A stretch of 61,337 bases of DNA. It comes from a virus (Duplodnaviria > Caudoviricetes). Below, one piece after another: positions 56,686 to 61,337 of the stretch. Made by a program: the position numbers and the translations under genes. Every line of letters starts with the position of its first letter. The stretch's first letter is position 1. The notes below the pieces were generated by a model. The model searched no databases and was not told the DNA's origin. It saw only the letters and a program-made list of their open reading frames with translations. Where the stretch lies: IMG/VR virus record IMGVR_UViG_3300021438_000016, positions 1-61,337 of that record, one strand, 5' to 3'.

Positions 56686-56930
56686 CTTGGGAAGAATATA
56701 ACCAACTGTTTCACCGCGCTCATGTCAACGAGGTGGCGTTCAAACGAGTGATTGATTGCGACGAAGAGCTTCGTAAGATGGTTGAGATGGCGATTGAAGA
56801 TGAGCGGGAAGAGTGCGCCAAGGTGTGTGAAGCCGGGGTCGTACAGACAAACAACTGGGACGCCAGCGACTGGAACCAAGCCTGTGAAATCCGAGCCGCC
56901 GCTATCCGAAGAAGGGGAGAGAAGGCTTGA
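56682..56930 (+). CDS. Hypothetical protein
   Basis: EREECAKVCE...AAAIRRRGE. Confidence 0.65.
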   Translation: MTWEEYNQLFHRAHVNEVAFKRVIDCDEELRKMVEMAIEDEREECAKVCEAGVVQTNNWDASDWNQACEIRAAAIRRRGEKA

Positions 56931-56955
56931 CAGGGGGTCAAGTAGACTGTATATT
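56927..56955 (+). promoter_or_regulatory. Sigma70-like promoter
   Basis: TTGACA-17 bp-TATATT, 6 nt before the ATG at 56962. Confidence 0.6.
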
Positions 56956-56961
56956 ACACAC

Positions 56962-57465
56962 ATGAGCCATAAAAATACACCTGAGAATTTTTGGAGTAAG
57001 GTACGCAAACCAACCCCAACAGACTGTTGGGAGTGGCAGGGGGCTCTTACCTCTACTGGGTACGGAAATTTGGGATGGCATGGGCGACATGTACAAGCCC
57101 ATCGAGTTGCATACTTTTTAACTCATGGGGGTATTCCTCTGGAAACCGGGTTTCGTGAGGGGGCCGCTAAAGCAGGTAAACAATTTGTATTGCATAAGTG
57201 CGATAACCGAAAGTGTTGCAACCCTGATCATTTATTTTTAGGGTCTATGCGGGATAATCAAATAGATGCCTATAAGAAAAAACGTAGGGAACAACCAAAA
57301 AGTAAACATGTCAATGCAAAATTAACTCCAGAACAAGTGAAAGAAATCCGCACTCGATATACCGCAGGGGGTGTAGGACAAATACCTTTGTCTAAAGAAT
57401 TTGGTGTAAGCCAACGAGTGATTAGCCTTGTGGTTAGACGAGAGACATATAAGGATGTGACATGA
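56962..57465 (+). CDS. HNH homing endonuclease with C-terminal HTH
   Basis: FWSKV...CWEWQG...AHRVAY...VLHKCDNRKCCNPDHL...N; AKLT..QVKEIR...EFGVSQ. Confidence 0.9.
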   Translation: MSHKNTPENFWSKVRKPTPTDCWEWQGALTSTGYGNLGWHGRHVQAHRVAYFLTHGGIPLETGFREGAAKAGKQFVLHKCDNRKCCNPDHLFLGSMRDNQIDAYKKKRREQPKSKHVNAKLTPEQVKEIRTRYTAGGVGQIPLSKEFGVSQRVISLVVRRETYKDVT

Positions 57466-59297
57466 TATTTGTCGATCTGGAAACCTACTACGACCGAGAC
57501 TTCAGCCTCTCCAAAATATCTACCGAAGAGTACATCCGTGACCCAAGGTTTGAAGTCATCGGCGTGGCGGTTAAAGTGGACGATGAGGAAACGCAGAGCT
57601 TCTCTGGCTCGCGTGCCGAAACGAAGGCTTGGCTACAACAGTTCGATTGGGGGAATTCCCTCGCCTGTGCTCACAACGCGCTTTTTGATGCGGCAATTAT
57701 GGCGTGGCACTTCGAGATTTATCCGAAGGCTTGGGCTGACACTATGTCGATGGCTCAAGCGTTATTGGGGACACGGTGCAAGGTCGGACTAGCGCACCTC
57801 GCTTCGTACTTTAATATAGGTACAAAAGGGACCGAGGTAATTAACGCATTGGGTAAGACGCGTAAAAGTTTTACACATGTCGAGATGGAGCGGTACATGT
57901 CGTACTGCCGAAATGACGTTGACCTGACCGCCGCGCTGTATACACGGATGTACAACTTCAGGGCCAACGATGACTTCACGTTCGAGGAGTTCCCTCTAAA
58001 AGAACTTAAGCTAATCGACCTCACTATCCGCATGTTTACTCAGCCCGTACTTGAAGTGGACGTGCCACTGCTGGAGGCGCACCTCATCAAGGTGAAAGAA
58101 GACAAGGCAAAGCTACTTGACGATGCGGGTATCAACCTTGAAGACGTGATGAGCAACCCGAAGTTTGCCGAGATACTACGCAGACTTGGTATTGATCCCC
58201 CCACCAAAATATCTCCCACTACTGGCAAACAGACCTACGCTTTTGCCAAGACGGACGAGGCGTTTAGGGCGTTGGCTGAGCATCCCGACCTGCGGGTGCA
58301 AGCGGTGGTAGCTGCGCGGCTTGGGGTGAAAACAACCATCGAGGAGTCTCGCACCGAGCGGTTCATCGGCATAGGCAAGCGGGGGCCACTGCCAGTCCCT
58401 CTTAAGTATTACGCTGCCCATACAGGCAGGTGGGGCGGGTCTGACAAACTTAATATGCAGAACCTACCTAGTAGGGGGAACGCATCCGCCCTGAAAAAGT
58501 CTCTCCGCGCACCGGCTGGGCACGTCATCATCTCATGCGACTCCTCGCAGATCGAGGCGCGGACCCTTGCGTGGCTGGCTGGACAGGAAGACTTGGTGAC
58601 TGCCTTCGCTAACGGCGAGGATGTCTACAAGATCATGGCGTCAAAAATTTATCATAAGCCGGTTACTGAAATAACCAAGGAGGAGCGGTTCTTCGGAAAA
58701 ACCGTGACCCTTGCATGCGGTTTTAGTATGGGGGCGGAGAAGTTTCATGGCATGTTGTCTCTCATACCGGGAGCAAAGATCAGCATGGGCGAGGCCGAGC
58801 GCATCATCGCCGTGTACCGGGGGGTCAACCCCAAGATCGTGCGTCTGTGGAAACTCGCAGACAGAGCCATACACTACATGGGTGCCTCCCAAGGCTGGAG
58901 GTTCGGTAGGGACGACCTGCTGGAGTTGGGGCCCAAGTGCATCATCCTGCCCAACACCATGAAGATCGAGTACCACGACCTGAGGAACACCAACATAGAT
59001 GGATGGAGGTACAGCACGCTGCGGGAGAGAAACGTAAAGCTATACGCGGGAAAATTGGTTGAAAATGTGGTGCAGGGGCTCGCGCGGATCATTGTGGGTG
59101 AGCAGATGCTGAGGATCGCTAAGAAGTACCGTCCCGTCTTGACAGTTCATGATGCAGTGTCTATAATTGTTCCAGAGCAGGAGTCTATCGAGGCGATGGC
59201 GTATGTTCAGGAATGTATGCGCTGGGTTCCTAAGTGGGCTAATGGTTTACCCGTAGATTGCGAAATAGGATGCGGCCCAACTTATGCAGATTCTTGA
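57462..59297 (+). CDS. polA: Family A DNA polymerase (3'-5' exonuclease plus polymerase)
   Basis: ExoI DLET, HNALFD, YCRNDV; TGRWGG, NMQNLP, motif A DSSQIEAR, motif C TVHD. Confidence 0.92.
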   Translation: MIFVDLETYYDRDFSLSKISTEEYIRDPRFEVIGVAVKVDDEETQSFSGSRAETKAWLQQFDWGNSLACAHNALFDAAIMAWHFEIYPKAWADTMSMAQALLGTRCKVGLAHLASYFNIGTKGTEVINALGKTRKSFTHVEMERYMSYCRNDVDLTAALYTRMYNFRANDDFTFEEFPLKELKLIDLTIRMFTQPVLEVDVPLLEAHLIKVKEDKAKLLDDAGINLEDVMSNPKFAEILRRLGIDPPTKISPTTGKQTYAFAKTDEAFRALAEHPDLRVQAVVAARLGVKTTIEESRTERFIGIGKRGPLPVPLKYYAAHTGRWGGSDKLNMQNLPSRGNASALKKSLRAPAGHVIISCDSSQIEARTLAWLAGQEDLVTAFANGEDVYKIMASKIYHKPVTEITKEERFFGKTVTLACGFSMGAEKFHGMLSLIPGAKISMGEAERIIAVYRGVNPKIVRLWKLADRAIHYMGASQGWRFGRDDLLELGPKCIILPNTMKIEYHDLRNTNIDGWRYSTLRERNVKLYAGKLVENVVQGLARIIVGEQMLRIAKKYRPVLTVHDAVSIIVPEQESIEAMAYVQECMRWVPKWANGLPVDCEIGCGPTYADS

Positions 59298-59964
59298 GAA
59301 ACCGATAACGTGGTCTTACAGCGGGATGTCGCTGTTCAAGCAATGCCCCAAAAAGTATTTCCACTTACGGATTCAGAAAGATTTCAAGGACAAAGAGACT
59401 GAAGCGCTGCTGTACGGCAGCGCCGTACATAAGGCGGCAGAAGACTACATCACTGAGAAAAAACCTATTCCTCCTGAGTATAAATACTTGGAGGAGTACA
59501 TGAGCAAGATTGATGCGTACGAGGGTGACAAGTACGCAGAGTACAAGATGGGGCTACGCCAAGACGGATCGCCCTGTGAGTTCCATGACCCCGACGTGTG
59601 GTGGCGGGGCATAGCGGACCTGATCATAGTCAATGGAGAACTCTCCAAAGTAATTGACTACAAGACGGGAAAGACTTCCCGTTACGCGGACACCGTACAG
59701 TTAGACCTCCTTGCTCTGGCTACCTTCGCGCACTTCCCCGGCGTCAAGATGATCAAGGCCGCGCTGATCTTCGTAGTAGCCAACGAGTTGGTAAAACGCA
59801 AGTACCATAGAGAATCTTCCGTGGCTCGGCTTATGCAGGAGACTCGGGATAGCTACGTCCCACTGAAGGAAGCCTACGACTCCGACGTGTGGAACCCGAA
59901 ACCTAACTTCACCTGTAGAAAATATTGCCCCGTGGCAATATGCCCACACAACGGAAGAAACTAA
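59284..59964 (+). CDS. PD-(D/E)xK (Cas4/RecB-like) exonuclease
   Basis: WSYS...QCP, G..VH, IADL, IDYKTG, C-terminal CRKYCP...C. Confidence 0.85.
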   Translation: MQILEKPITWSYSGMSLFKQCPKKYFHLRIQKDFKDKETEALLYGSAVHKAAEDYITEKKPIPPEYKYLEEYMSKIDAYEGDKYAEYKMGLRQDGSPCEFHDPDVWWRGIADLIIVNGELSKVIDYKTGKTSRYADTVQLDLLALATFAHFPGVKMIKAALIFVVANELVKRKYHRESSVARLMQETRDSYVPLKEAYDSDVWNPKPNFTCRKYCPVAICPHNGRN

Positions 59965-59965
59965 A

Positions 59966-60232
59966 ATGCCCTACACCAAGACCCCCCGTCCCTACAAACA
60001 CGAATGGGAGATGGAGCAGAAGCGTGACGAGAAAGCCCCACGTGCCGCCCGTGCTAGGGCACGGCGAGCAATGGATGCGAAAGGGGTTGACAGGACTGGA
60101 AAAGACATTGATCATGTCAAGCCCCTCTCTAAAGGAGGGACTAATGCAAAGGGTAACCTGCGCTTAGTGAGCCCAAGCAACAACCGATCCTTCCAAAGAA
60201 ATTCTGACCACACGGTCAAGAAAAACACGTGA
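59966..60232 (+). CDS. Small HNH protein
   Basis: KDIDHVKPLSKGG...NLRL....NRS. Confidence 0.75.
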   Translation: MPYTKTPRPYKHEWEMEQKRDEKAPRAARARARRAMDAKGVDRTGKDIDHVKPLSKGGTNAKGNLRLVSPSNNRSFQRNSDHTVKKNT

Positions 60233-60238
60233 GAGAGC

Positions 60239-61337
60239 ATGGAAATAGTAGAGGGGAAGAGCCTATTACTTAACCTCAATAGGCCCGAGAGAGTCCTTGA
60301 CGCGATAAAAACAAGTAAAGTTGTCAACAAGTTAGATGGTATTTCGCAGGTGCTTGTACCTTGGGGTATACCCGAGACGCATGCGCTAAAGATCTTAAAG
60401 ATCAAGAACGTGCCTAGTCCCATCCAGCGGGACTACAAGTGGGCGGGGGTACACAAGCCCTTCGCTCACCAGAAGGAAACAGCCGCGTTCCTGACCATGC
60501 ACAAGCGGGCCTTCTGCTTCAACGAGCAGGGCACGGGCAAGACCGCCAGCGTCATCTGGGCGGCTGACTATCTCATGTCGCTGGGCTTCATCCGCAGGGT
60601 CTTGGTGGTATGCCCCCTGTCCATCATGCAGTCGGCGTGGCAGTCGGACCTGTTCAAGTTTGCTATGCACCGCACGGTGGACGTGGCACATGGCGCTCCA
60701 GAAAAACGCAGGAAGATTATTGATGGTGGTGCTGAGTTCATCATCATTAACTACGACGGCATCGAGATCGTCGAGAAAGAAATTGATAAAGCTGACTTCG
60801 ACCTGATCGTCATCGACGAGGCGTCGGCCTACAAGACCGCAACCACCAAGCGGTGGAAAGCGATGAACCGGCTGGTCAACGAGAACCGCTGGCTGTGGAT
60901 GCTGACGGGTACACCCGCTGCTCAGTCTCCCGTGGATGCCTTCGGCTTAGCCCGTCTGGTCAACCCCGCAGGTGTACCTAAGTTCGCAGGGGTGTTCCGC
61001 GATATGGTGATGTACCGCCTGACGCAGTACCGCTACCTGCCAAGGGACAACGCCAAAGAGATCGTACACAGGGTGTTGCAACCAGCGATCCGGTTTCTGA
61101 AGGCAGACTGCCTAGACCTGCCAGACATGATGTACGTTGATCGGGACGTACCGATGACCAAGATGCAACAGGCGTACTACAAGAGCATGTTGGTACACAA
61201 CATGGTCTCAGCGGCAGACGAGGAGATCAGCGCAGTCAACGCCGCAGTTCTCATGAACAAGTTGCTCCAGATGGCGTGCGGCACGGTGTACACGGATTCA
61301 AAAGAAACTGTGAACTTCGACGCATCTTCTAGGCTCA
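60239..61337 (+). CDS. SNF2/DEAD-like helicase, 3'-truncated by the window (not in the ORF track)
   Basis: Translated by eye: PFAHQ, NEQGTGKT, VLVVCPLS, IINYDG, IVIDEAS, LTGTP. Confidence 0.9.
   Translation, partial: MEIVEGKSLLLNLNRPERVLDAIKTSKVVNKLDGISQVLVPWGIPETHALKILKIKNVPSPIQRDYKWAGVHKPFAHQKETAAFLTMHKRAFCFNEQGTGKTASVIWAADYLMSLGFIRRVLVVCPLSIMQSAWQSDLFKFAMHRTVDVAHGAPEKRRKIIDGGAEFIIINYDGIEIVEKEIDKADFDLIVIDEASAYKTATTKRWKAMNRLVNENRWLWMLTGTPAAQSPVDAFGLARLVNPAGVPKFAGVFRDMVMYRLTQYRYLPRDNAKEIVHRVLQPAIRFLKADCLDLPDMMYVDRDVPMTKMQQAYYKSMLVHNMVSAADEEISAVNAAVLMNKLLQMACGTVYTDSKETVNFDASSRL

Larger units (their letters stand above)
44084..57874. repeat. Dispersed palindrome GTAAAANTTTTAC (11 perfect copies, 1 variant)
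   Basis: Starts at 44084, 44978, 46325, 46585, 47258, 48095, 49094, 50342, 51745, 53857 and 57862; one-mismatch copy at 52574. Confidence 0.95.

Noticed and set aside
1-61337. tRNA genes, integrase/repressor module, introns or inteins in core genes, stop-codon reassignment
   Set aside because: None recognised. Core genes are uninterrupted and of ordinary length under the standard code. A short tRNA could be missed by eye, and part of the genome lies outside the window

Overview
The window is most of a tailed dsDNA bacteriophage genome with podovirus-like architecture: no tape-measure or sheath gene was recognised, and there are large internal/ejection proteins. It is cut inside a primase-helicase gene on the left and a SNF2 helicase gene on the right. 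A ~41 kb minus-strand late block (2.6-43.9 kb) encodes terminase, portal, a GroES-like protein, scaffold, Mu-gpT-like major capsid, several tail-fibre/receptor-binding modules, small basic proteins, a lysis cassette (GH108 endolysin plus holin) and internal proteins up to 2068 aa. A plus-strand early/replication block (44.1-61.3 kb, continuing at 1-2.5 kb) encodes many small ORFs, a MoxR-type AAA+/vWA-metallopeptidase pair, VRR-NUC, family A DNA polymerase, a Cas4-like nuclease and helicases. The main signals that gene annotation does not explain are: (1) a 13-bp palindrome, GTAAAANTTTTAC, with 11 perfect copies seen only in the early block; (2) a duplicated ~180-bp promoter cassette with covarying hairpins; (3) four tandem paralogous mini-proteins (GYTxEEF family); (4) a recurring [YFML]-x-x-G-G motif shared by seven late proteins; (5) a double-pseudoknot RNA covering a ribosome-binding site downstream of the capsid gene. 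Product calls come from motif recognition by eye; no database searches were run.
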